Source: Convolutriloba macropyga
Lineage: Eukaryota
Length of the DNA stretch: 64,000 nucleotides
NCBI RefSeq assembly: GCF_964194025.1
Contig: NC_134468.1
Location: forward strand, 49,414,001-49,478,000
Direction: 5' to 3'
Shown: in pieces, positions 48,825 to 59,800 of the stretch
Layout of the letters: the number at the start of each line of letters is the position of its first letter
Numbering within the stretch: the first letter of the stretch is position 1
Notes under the pieces: model-generated
The model's input: only the letters and a program-made list of their open reading frames with translations
Told to the model about the DNA's origin: nothing
Database searches by the model: none
Translations under genes and position numbers: made by a program

Positions 48825-50215
48825 TATGCAATCTTGAGCGCTCGTTTTTGCCTTTTTAGACGCCGTTTAGTGGTTTTTATACCCATTTTCATTTAGTGTC
48901 TGGGGTAATTTTTTTGCTTGAGTTTAGTTTTTATGGCGGTCTTTTTGGTCTTTTGATTTTGTTAATATCAATTTGAGTTCGTTTTATTTGAAGAAGATGG
49001 CTAAATTAAAACTTTTTTTGCTGAATTTTTCTGTTTTTGTTTTTTTTGGCTATTTCTACTTTTTTAGGCTTTCAGAATATTTTTAATGTTCAATTAGGGT
49101 TGTTCGTATAGTAATTGTTACTAAATGGAAACAATTTAAGGTTTCATGGTACATATTTTCATAAAATAAATTAATATTTTCTGCAGTTTCTGGAAGTTAT
49201 ACTTCTTGCCAATGTTTTAGGTGTTTTCCAGTGCGTTTAGGTGCTCAGCGAATTAACAGGAACTGTTTGTTAGGGTTTGTTTAGAGTAGTCATTGAGACT
49301 TCGCAAGTTTCAGAGTTTTATTTTTTGAAAAATGACAGGTTGTTGAATGCTCTCAAAGGGAGCTTGTAGCAATTATATTAGTCCTGTGGTCTTTTTTGCG
49401 ATTTTTGGCTCGACCGATTTTCCTGTGTCCCTATTGACTTTTCGGTCTCGAATACGGGATAAGTAGACAACACTTGGAGGGCAGTAGGTTCTGTTGGAGG
49501 CCTATGCTTTACTTCACAAGTCTAAGAATACATTTTGTCAAAACTTATGAGGAGAAGCTTTCATTGTGTGAACGTGGTTCTTAATTTTAAGAGATTGCCC
49601 TTCCCAATCTCCTCCAACACCCCCAGTCAACCTGACTCACTTGGTTTTTTGAACCCCTCTTGTCCGGCCCTCTCAATAGAAAAGAGTGGGTAACTATATA
49701 CCGCTTTTTTGATCAAGTTCGAAAAAATTAGATAAGAAAATTTTTTGACTATATACTAGCGAAATTTTTTTGATCATGCGGCTTCTTTGAAGCAGTTATT
49801 ACTTCTTTTTTTTCGAAAAAGTGATTTTTCTAAACCAGCTTAACAATCAACTGTGTTTGGAAATATTTTGACCATCCCAACTAATATTAGAGTTTTTATG
49901 CAATCTTTATCTATTTTTTTCAATACCGCCGTTTGACATGCTTTCTTAGCGGTTTTATACTTTTCATGTTTTTGGTGTCGTCGGAGTTTTTTTGGTTGAC
50001 AGTAGTTTTTGGGTTGGTATTGGTGGCCTTATATTTTCTTTAATATCAATTTAAGTTTGTTTCAGTTGAAGATAGGCAAAATTTTGGCTTAATTTACCTA
50101 ATTTGGAGGGCTGTTTTGCTTTATTCTTCTCTTTTTTTTGGCTTGATAGTACTTATTTGCATAAAATAAATAATTTCTGCAGGTTGTTGTAGTTATGCTT
50201 CTTGCCGATGTTTCC
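48825..50215 (+). repeat. Diverged direct repeat pair (~48825-49220 and ~49898-50215)
   Basis: Shared ATGCAATCTT, TTAATATCAATTT.AGTT, CATAAAATAAAT and TTCTGCAG..AGTTAT.CTTCTTGCC.ATGTTT. Confidence 0.6.
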
Positions 50216-53022
50216 GTAAGAAACGCTTCTCAGGGTTGGCAGAGAGTTTTTTGTGAGACTCTGTTGAATTTTTGTCCTCAAAAACGGGATAAATAGGTAA
50301 CGCCAGGAGGGCATTAAGTTCTATTATAGCCTTGCACCTTACTAACTAGTCTCGAGGAGTACAATTTTGTATTATTACAACTTGTTTCAAAGTGAATGTC
50401 ATAAAGAAATTAGTTATCTCAGTTAGTGATTGACTATGGTGTAAATTAGTTTTCACTTTCAATTGATTTCAGAATCTTCCGGCTATGGTTTTCAGTAATT
50501 TTCACGTTGAGTAGTTTAATTTGGTTTTTTTAGGGTTTTCTATGTGAAAAATCACATGTTTAAAATCACTTATTTTGTTAGATAAATTTTTTAAATCTAC
50601 AATTTGCTGTTTACTTCTTGCTCATGTTGAAAGCGCCTTTCAGTGCGTTCGGGTGTCTTGTGGGTTCCCACTGAAAAAGCAGGAATTGTTTTGTTAGATT
50701 TATTGAACAGTTATTGAGTCTTCGTAGTTTTAGAGAACATTGCAGAGAATATTTTTTTTGTTTTCACAGGTTCTTTAGTTTTTGGTGCTTACCTTCTTGT
50801 TTTGCTGGGTTGGTCACTTTTCTTGCATTGTTGGTTATGTTTTTCCATCATTTGATATTCGTTTTTGAACACAATTGAGTCTTACCGGTTAATCTATTTT
50901 TAACAAAGCTTCTGAAGTCGCAACTAATTAGCTTTTTCCATGACAAATTGCTTGCTTTTGCTGTTCGAAAGCGAATAGTTTTCTATTGTGAAGTTAGTAG
51001 TTTTGTCAATTGGTTGTTGGTTAGGTTGAAATTTTTTTTTAGTTCGAGTCGATTCCGGAGTCGTCCGGCTGTTTCTGGAGGTCTGTTCACTCATTTTTAT
51101 GATATTTGAAGGCAAATTAAACTGACGATATTAGTAACAGCGAAATAGGATTTAGAGTGAAAAAGCGAGTGGTTGTGAACCGTAAATTTTTTGCGCTCTA
51201 ATTTTGAAGTAAGATTTTGTAGGAGAATTTTGCTTTCTCAATACTGGTTTGTTCAATGCGGCAGTTTGACTTTGATTTTTGATGTTTTCATTTTTACTGT
51301 TACTTCTAAATCATTTTTCTTTTTCTTGTTCGTGTTTTGTCAATAAAACTCTTGGAACTGTTTCGTCGAGGCAAAAATTGTGTAGCCTTACCTCAGTTCA
51401 CAGCTTGTTCAACATTTCGCCTGAAATCATTTTGTTTTTAGGATAGGTTCATTCTTCACTCACTCTGTTTAATATGCTTTTAAACAGCAGTTGCTCGGCC
51501 TATTTATCTAAAATTAACAGAGTCAACACCGAAAACCGAGATTAATTATTAAAACTGCATAAACCCGTAAAGCCCAATCTTAACCTGCTACTTGAACTTT
51601 ATCCTTACAAGTCTTAGTAACAATTCCTATTTTTGTTGATATTGGTACAAGCCCATGTTTCCCCTTATTAAGAATCACGAGTATGTCTGACTATGGATTG
51701 ACATCTAAATAGTTCGCACTTTAGACGTATTTTTGTAAAAAAAAAACCAATTACCTTTTTTGCAGTCTTTTTACGGGGCTATTTTTCGGCAATCTGTGGA
51801 AAGAAATGGGATAAACTGGTAAAGCCTGGGGGCATTAAGACTCTGAGCATCTCTCTTAACGCCTTAGTAGAAACTTAGTATACGGTTCAGTAACGCTTCT
51901 AAGGAACGGTAGAAGAGGCAGCTGTCTAGTTTTAAAGGCGATTTTGATTCCGCCTTTTATTTTTTCCTCTGAGGCTGGCCTCCCTATCATAAATCTGCTA
52001 CAACCAAAGCCAACCCCCGCCTGTCATTTGAGTGCAATCCGTGCGACGGTTATCGATGTTTGTTTTTAAATTGAAAGTAACCTGCATCGCATACTTCAAT
52101 TTGCTTCAAAATGTCTTTTTTGGATATCATATATTTCGCTTAAATGAAAAAATAAGAGACACTGACCCTCTGTTTTCTGCTGATCGAGGGTCGACTTGGT
52201 TTTCCGAAGCTTGGTCCGAGATAATACTGTAGTGAGGCCAAAAAAGTAATAAAGTTGAAATCTTACTTTTTCCTAGCTTTTTTGTTCAATTAAGTTTGGC
52301 TAAGCGAATAATAGCGCTCGCTTTACTACCTTAAGCAAGCATTTTATTTGGTACGTTGACAGAGAGTGGTAGTACAAAAAGACAATTAGCTAGCAACTGA
52401 GAACATGTATTAGGTTCAATTATGCCTCATTAGAAATCCGTTGAGATCTCTCAATTCAAGTAATAAAAGAACAGTAATATTTTTTTAAAACAGTTAGTAT
52501 CAAAATCATCAAAACCTTCAGCTGCCCATCGTAAGATTTGAACAACTGAGACTATGTACCAGTAGAACGTATGTACGCTCCCTTTTTTGTTGCGGCATAA
52601 ATAAAATCAATGTTCCGATTTTATTTCGCATTAATGTTTCTCGCTAAGTAAAAAAATGCTAAGTGGAGCTATCTAAAGAAATTGAACAGGTCCTTAAAAA
52701 GACAGCACCCCGGAACAATTCAACTTTTAAGAATTGTAAAAAAAACGCTGAGACCAATAATAGCCTAGCTACCACTTTGCTGCATGAAAATTTAAAGACT
52801 GTTTGTTTGTGTGTTTGTATTGTGTGTATCAGGGGCGTATAAAAAAATCAAAATTGTTGAATGCTTTCTTGTTTTATGTTGATTTTTTGACTGCGTTTTA
52901 TGGGCTTGAATCTTTCTCATCTTTCGGAGATGAGGCAGAATAATTTGAATTTTGGCTCCGAAACGACCGGTTCCAATATGATTCCTTATATTTTGAAAAA
53001 ATGTCGGAACGATATCTAATGA

Positions 53023-54192
53023 ACTTTATTTGATATCCCAGTATCATCCAATATATTTTGGACAGCAAAAAAATCTGCCTTCGGTGGGTTTTGTTATCGG
53101 ATGAGCTTATATCTGATGAGAGATGAACTTGTTTTAGCAAATGATCCGAAGCTCGCTATGCAGGCAGCAGCTGCTAAATTTCTTCAGGTTTATTTTGGAG
53201 AGGAACAAATCGCCAATTTACTTCTATCTAACTACATGAACAAGAAAAAGTCACTCAAATTGTACAAAGATCCTATTTTTGAGACTAGCAAAAGCTGGAA
53301 AGAGTTAGAACCATGTAAGAATAATGGAAACGCTAAGACGTCTATCACTCCAAGTCCAGGAAAGTGCCACCGATCAACTGACCAGCAAAATGTGTGTTCT
53401 ATTGATACTCCTAGCAAAAAATGGAAGATGAAAACAGCAACTTTAAAGAAAACAGCAACTTTAAAGAAAACAGCAACTTTAGCTTCATTGAATCGATGCG
53501 AGAATTTTATGCCATATCTTTCGATACCTTTGGACAATCCGCTCAAATTGGGCAGTCGTCGCTTGTTCTTGAAAAAAGAAAATACAATGTTAGTGAACAA
53601 GTTGGCGTCCCTTAAAAACGAGTTGAGTGAAGTTCGAAAGCATACCTTTCAAAGCCGAAGAGACGAGAGTTGTGTACAACCCTCCTTTACTAGCCACTAT
53701 GACACTCTAATGATCACTCTACAATCACTCAAAAAGGTTGAATTCGTGGACAGTTTATCGATTGACATTAAAGTTGAACCAAGAACTGATATGCATAAGT
53801 TAAAACTGCATGTGAGTGATCGCTACACTTTTACATGCGAATCGGCACTGGGATTTGAAGCAGCTCTTATGAAAGGAGTTGAACAAGCGGGAGAGTTCAT
53901 GCAGGCTGTGAGAGTGGAAGGGCGTGAAGTCTTGATACCCAGAAGCCTAAAATTTAGCACTACCTCATTGGTGTCATTATTGGAGCTGCAGACGGGGATA
54001 CCTCTGGAATCAATTAATCTGAGTTACTATCTACACGAAGACAAAGGTCACACGTATGGAGGAAAAATACTGATCAATGGAATAACCTGTGAATACAAAG
54101 ATAAGCTATCTAAAGAGATGAAAAAGGACACCGTCATTTGTTCGCTTCTTCAGAAGTACTTGATTGAGCATTTGGGTTTCAGAATTGTTTAA
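53023..54192 (+). CDS. Orphan gene C: intronless, three divergent dsRBD-like units; true start uncertain (first in-frame ATG 53101, frame open from 53023)
   Basis: 363-aa ORF. KLAMQAAAAKFLQ resembles dsRBD helix 2, and GHTYGGKILINGITCEYKDKLSKEMKKDTVICSLL follows the beta2-beta3-alpha2 pattern. The domain call is by eye only. Confidence 0.7.
   Translation, partial: TLFDIPVSSNIFWTAKKSAFGGFCYRMSLYLMRDELVLANDPKLAMQAAAAKFLQVYFGEEQIANLLLSNYMNKKKSLKLYKDPIFETSKSWKELEPCKNNGNAKTSITPSPGKCHRSTDQQNVCSIDTPSKKWKMKTATLKKTATLKKTATLASLNRCENFMPYLSIPLDNPLKLGSRRLFLKKENTMLVNKLASLKNELSEVRKHTFQSRRDESCVQPSFTSHYDTLMITLQSLKKVEFVDSLSIDIKVEPRTDMHKLKLHVSDRYTFTCESALGFEAALMKGVEQAGEFMQAVRVEGREVLIPRSLKFSTTSLVSLLELQTGIPLESINLSYYLHEDKGHTYGGKILINGITCEYKDKLSKEMKKDTVICSLLQKYLIEHLGFRIV
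53430..53481 (+). repeat. In-frame 18-bp coding minisatellite (KTATLK x~3)
   Basis: GAAAACAGCAACTTTAAA repeated ~2.9 times. Confidence 0.92.
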
Positions 54193-56833
54193 TGCCTTGT
54201 TTAAGTTGAGCTATATGATGACAGTATAGCTGGATACAATTGGTTTTCTGCATTACTTTCTCATTAATTGTTTAGACTTATTTAGTGATAGATTAATTTC
54301 TCTTCGATTTTATAATTTATACCTGCTGATTAAGCTAGAGATCTCAGTTAAATTAATTTTATGCAAAATATTTTTATACGATTTTTCTGACAGGGAGATT
54401 CGGTAATGAGCGTTTACACAATCTTCTGACCGATCACATCCGCTTTTTTAAAATCAAAACAAAGATTAGACAAGGAGGAGCGATAACGTCCTTCGACACA
54501 GATTTCCGACCCTCCCGGCTTACGTTGAATTTTATAATCGAGCTGAATATTCAAACACTGAACACATGGCCAATGGTATGTAATGAAACAGAATGTAATT
54601 GAAACAAGTCTTCAGTGAACATCTATTCAATAAATTAGTGGCTCGATAGTTAAAAATTTATCGATAAGATTGAGAAAGGAACAATTGGTTTGTTTTAATT
54701 GTTGAGTTTAGGTCGCAACCTGACCAAAAAGTCTTCAAGAACGGCAATATGTTAACACAGTTTAATTTGAAACTGACAGCTTCCGTATGTTAAACCCGGT
54801 TCTATATTCAAACAATTTCATCAAGTTCAACTGAAGGAGCAGTACAATTTTGCGGGAAAATTATTACCGAAAATGGAAATAGACTAAATATTTGTTCCGG
54901 AAAAAGTACTGCTAACATCCATTTCTTCAAAATTTACATACATACACATTTTCAATAGCCGCCGCCGTCGGCCTCTCAGCGGCTATTATTGGATTTTAAT
55001 GGGACTCTGTCTTTTTCTTATGACTCAAAGAGGCCTTATGGTTTTCTGTTTTACGACTCGAAGAGGAGTATTGGTGGAGCGCCTTTTTTATCAATAATTT
55101 TTGGAGTGTAATTAAAATATGTAAACGTCTATGTCGCACTAAATGTTTAGGCCAAACGGCTGAACGAATTGAAGAGCAGAAGAGAGAGTATTTTTCAGTT
55201 CGTGCTGTAGTAATTTTGAACAATGTCAAAATGATGTTTCTTTATGCACAAGGTGCAACTGATTTCAATGTGTGTTATTCGAGCGTCTGTGTCTTATTCG
55301 AGCTTCTGTGTGTTATTCGAGCGTCTGATAACATTGATTAGTCTTGAAGTGACAATTGTCAAAGTTGATAAAGGTCTTTTGAATGATATAGTTACTTTTT
55401 ATGACCATTCAATGAGCTGCATGTTTTGGTAAACAGCAAAAAATAACCGGACCAGCCAATATTCACCTAGTGTTGGGGAGGAGCACTTCTATTAGGTTGG
55501 GGAGGAGCACTTCTACATCATTTGGCCCTCTATCTGTTTAAGAGAAGAAAATTTGTTTTGCAGCCCTTTCGTCGCAGCTATAGGTTTCGACAATGAAGCT
55601 TCGCTTAAAGATTTTTAAAATTTGGCTCATTTGAATAGTTTCAAATACGCTTTTCAGTGAACAGAAAAGTTTGTTCGTACTGGATCCGTTAACTATTGAT
55701 TCATTGGCGACTTCATGCCTTGCTGTGCACCCACCGTCTTTCGGTCATAACACCGTTTTTCGGCTCAGAAAGACGTGACCAGCTGGAAAATTTTCGCTTT
55801 ACTTGTAATTCGTTAGGAATAAAAGTACACTGAAATTCAAAAACTGTAGCTATCGAAAAGGAGATGTGTAGAGCCACCGGATTTTCTTCTTATACCTGAA
55901 TAAATTTGATTAATGTTGCCTACAGTAAATGATTACTGTTTGATATCACTAATATGGCAAAGATGCTGTTGTACAATTTTAAGACCCCGTTATCTGGATA
56001 ATAACCTTGCCAGACCCAATTGTGGTCAGAAATTTGTGAGTGGTTGTGTACAGCACATTGTTCCGGAACACTTACAGCAGGCAATTTCTTCCAAACATGG
56101 CCATAAAATTTAAAATTTGTTCAATAACTAGTTCTATTTGTCGTTTTTTTAGTTGTATAGAGAAAATCAAGATTGATATAATATAGTGATACTGAAAAAG
56201 AATACTCTTCACTTGCTTACCTGTAGTATATTGCAATTATTTCTTGTTAATTGAGGTGCGTTTCGTCCTCTTGTACGTGACCACAACTTGTCTTTAGCCA
56301 AATACCGATGGGAATAGTTAAGCTTGAGTGAAAGTTCTGCCCTTGGATTTTATAGTGCTAATTGATTTATTAGCGAAGGTTAAAGGGACGCCTATAAAGA
56401 GGTTCAGAAATAGCATCAATGGACAATTACCTGTGCGTTGGAATTTTAGGACCTGCTCTTGCCTCCACCTGCTTTCCATGTGTGCGTGAGGTGTGCTTAA
56501 AATTGAAACTAATTTAAAACGTCTGCTTCAAGGAACCAATCTGAGGAGAAATAAAGCGACGAGTGTATCAGACTTGTCAAAACTATTATTACAGCCAGGA
56601 GAGAAACATATGAGAGCTCTAGTCTGGCACGTTGCCTCAATAAATTCGCCCTTTCAAAGACCTTTGTGTTGATCATTTCTGGTTAGGTTGTGCCTTAATC
56701 CTCGAATTTCATTATAATCTCACTGTGAATATTAGAACCCCAATTGTGATAACTTTCAGACCTGTTTTCTGTTTGTGAGGCTGTCACGACGGCCTCCTGT
56801 GGTGTGAGTACCATTTATGTTTGTGATGTGATA

Positions 56834-59800
56834 ATGGCATACGATCCTACCAGATGGGAGTACGAAGCATATTTCGCTCCACAATTACAGCTAGGGCACA
56901 CGTCTCTCCCGATTCACTACAACGCTCACTTCAACCGGGGTCCTTGGTCCAGCCATCTACAGACTGGGATTTACAATCGAAGCAATTTGGATTCGCAAGA
57001 CTACAGTAGCAGTTCGTCAAGATTGCAAAACTATCATGCGTCAGTTCCATTTGCATTTGTACCGCCGGGTTCGTCTAATTACCTCCCAAACTCATCAAAC
57101 GAAATCAGACAAAAAGAAAGATATGCTGGTTCTCAGTTTGTGACTACCAAAAGCGCACTCTCGATGGCTCCGCTGGGGAAAATTGTGCCAAACAAATTCA
57201 GAAGAAATGTTCTTCCCGGCTTAATGGATTTCAAAGGTGAGCTGATAGCTGCATATCAAAACTTCAATAGTTGCTCTCATTGACTTCAAGTTCCTTTTTT
57301 AAACAGCTCTCGAACTAATCCAAAAGTGAATATTGGGGTTCTAGCGTTCTTTAGGACTCGCTAAGGAGTATTGGTGGAACGACTTTTTGATCAATAATTT
57401 TGGAGTGTATTTGAAACAGGAAATGTGGCACTTAAAAAATAAGTGCTTAAGTCAAATTCCTGAATGCTATTGAACAGCAGAGAGTAGAGTGATTTTCTGT
57501 TTATACTGCATCTTGAAGAGCGACCAAACTACGAGTAAAATCAATTTCCATTGTCAAGCAGATTATTCTTGTTTTTAAAGTTTATAGTTATTGTGAAGCG
57601 TTTTTTTTAAATCATTCTTAGGCCAAAATGTCTACTTTTCTGTTGTGACAGGATTTTTTTCTCAACTTCTCAAAATTAACGCAAATTTGAGAAAGCGACA
57701 AATTTTGAAATATTTTCTTAGTTTTCTTTCAATTTCTTCAAAGAAACTTCAATTCCCCATTTAGTGTCGGTTTTGTACTTTGGTACGATGAGATTTTTAT
57801 TAATCTAGATTCAGATCATAACAGCTTACGACATTTTGATTCTTTTGTTACTGAGTGCTTAATTGGTCCGATCCACTTAAGTGGGCGGAGGAACTATATA
57901 CTCAACTGTTTTTTTGTTCAGTCAATTTTGCCGGTCGATATACTCATCCTGCAGGATTGTGTGTGGTATCATTAGAAAGCTTGACAAACGTAGATTTTCA
58001 TGTTAAACATATATCTTCGAATTACGCTTTTTCCGGGGAGTTACGGAGGTTTAAAAATGTGAACGTGAGCCGACGTGATGAAATTGTCAACGATAGTCTC
58101 ACTGGTTTTACGTTTTATGATAGACGAGAGTTTCTGGATTGTTTGAACCAACTGTTTTGGCAAAATTTTTAAAATTCAAGGTTTTATATAAAATGGCATC
58201 AAATATGACTATTTGTTCCTCTTTTGCCCAGTTTGACCGTTGGTGCAGACATCACTACTACTGACATAAACCTTCCTTTTTCAGACATGGGCTGATTTTT
58301 ACCTCCGATTCTTAAAAACGTTTTCAGAAAATAACGTTTTTGCTGTCTTCCGCTAATTTAAACCGATATTTAAAAAAATGGATATTTTTTTATATTATAA
58401 ATTTTGTTTACCAAATAAGCTATTACGCATTTTTAAAGACAAATGAGTTTTGCAATAACCGCACATCGATAGCAAGGCCAGTCCTTGGTCTCAACGTTCA
58501 TTTTTGCATTGAAAAATGATTGATCGTTTTTTGTTCTGTCATTTTTGAAATATTTCTTGCATTTTTTTCATCCCAATCAAAAGTTTCTTTCATTTAAAGG
58601 TTCAATTAATAGGAGCTCCTTTTATATTCCGTTATGGTCCAATGACAAAATATTGAGTTCTGTAAGTAAAGTTTTTGGTTTTTATGACTCCCACAAATTG
58701 TTTTGGTTAATTTTAAATGAATTCTTGAAATTTGCAATATTGATGTTTTTTGTAGTGTCATGGCTGAGTATATTTATGCAAATGTCTAATGCGGTATCGA
58801 AGGACCTATTAAAAAACTATCTAGTGCTTTCAGTGTACACAATGGTGTCTTGTTAATATAACTAAATTTGTATCCAAAATTCATCATCTGTTTTTGATAA
58901 TAACTTTTTGATCAAATTAGATAATTTGATAACATTTGGGACATTTGTTGTAATTGAGAAGCATGAAGAGCAGGACCAGTTCTGGTCAGGTTGTTGAGGT
59001 TAATTGTCCAAAAATTAGTCCGATTGTAACGGTTTCCTGTATTTAATTTGCTTTGCCTTTGATTTTTTTTTACAGACCAGAATTTTTTGACAGGTCATAT
59101 TTACTTGCAAAGGGAGGCCAATGAACATACATAATAAATTCAGCGCAAACCATGTGGTTTTTGGTTTCAACACCATTTGCATAAAATTACTCGTGAAATT
59201 TAAGTTTTGCCTCTATTCATTGTTTTGTGTAGTCTTGATTTGGTTCCATTAATGGCTTGCATGATAGGTTTAAGCAGCAGCAATGTAAACTACTTGACAT
59301 TTTCAAGCTGAAAGCCTACGGTTGTTATGCCTTACGCTTTTATAAAATATTTGTTTCAAAAAATATTGGACATTCGAAATTTGATCTTATTTCTGCAGCT
59401 TCTCAGCGTAGTTTCAGCAAAGAGAGAGGTCACATTTTTTCAAGTGAACTGTAATGTAGTCTTCATTGCTGTTTTTTTAATTCAAATGATGGTTTTTTGT
59501 TGATACTACGAGTTCTTATATTTTCTTTTTTGACATTTTTAGTTTTTGAGGTTCTCTTTTGCTCTTTTCCAGTCATCACATTAATGGCATATTACTGATA
59601 AGTCGCTTATCACATTAAGGGCGCTGAAATAAGCCGCAATTGATTATACATATTTTTAGTGAATAGGTTTTGATTTTATAGGCTTCGATACGGTTTCCTC
59701 GCAAAACTTTTGATTTTGCCTTCACTTGCTCTATTTATTGTAGTATGGCATTCTCAATAATGACAGATCTCAATGGTTTTGTACAGGGGTATAAACGAAG

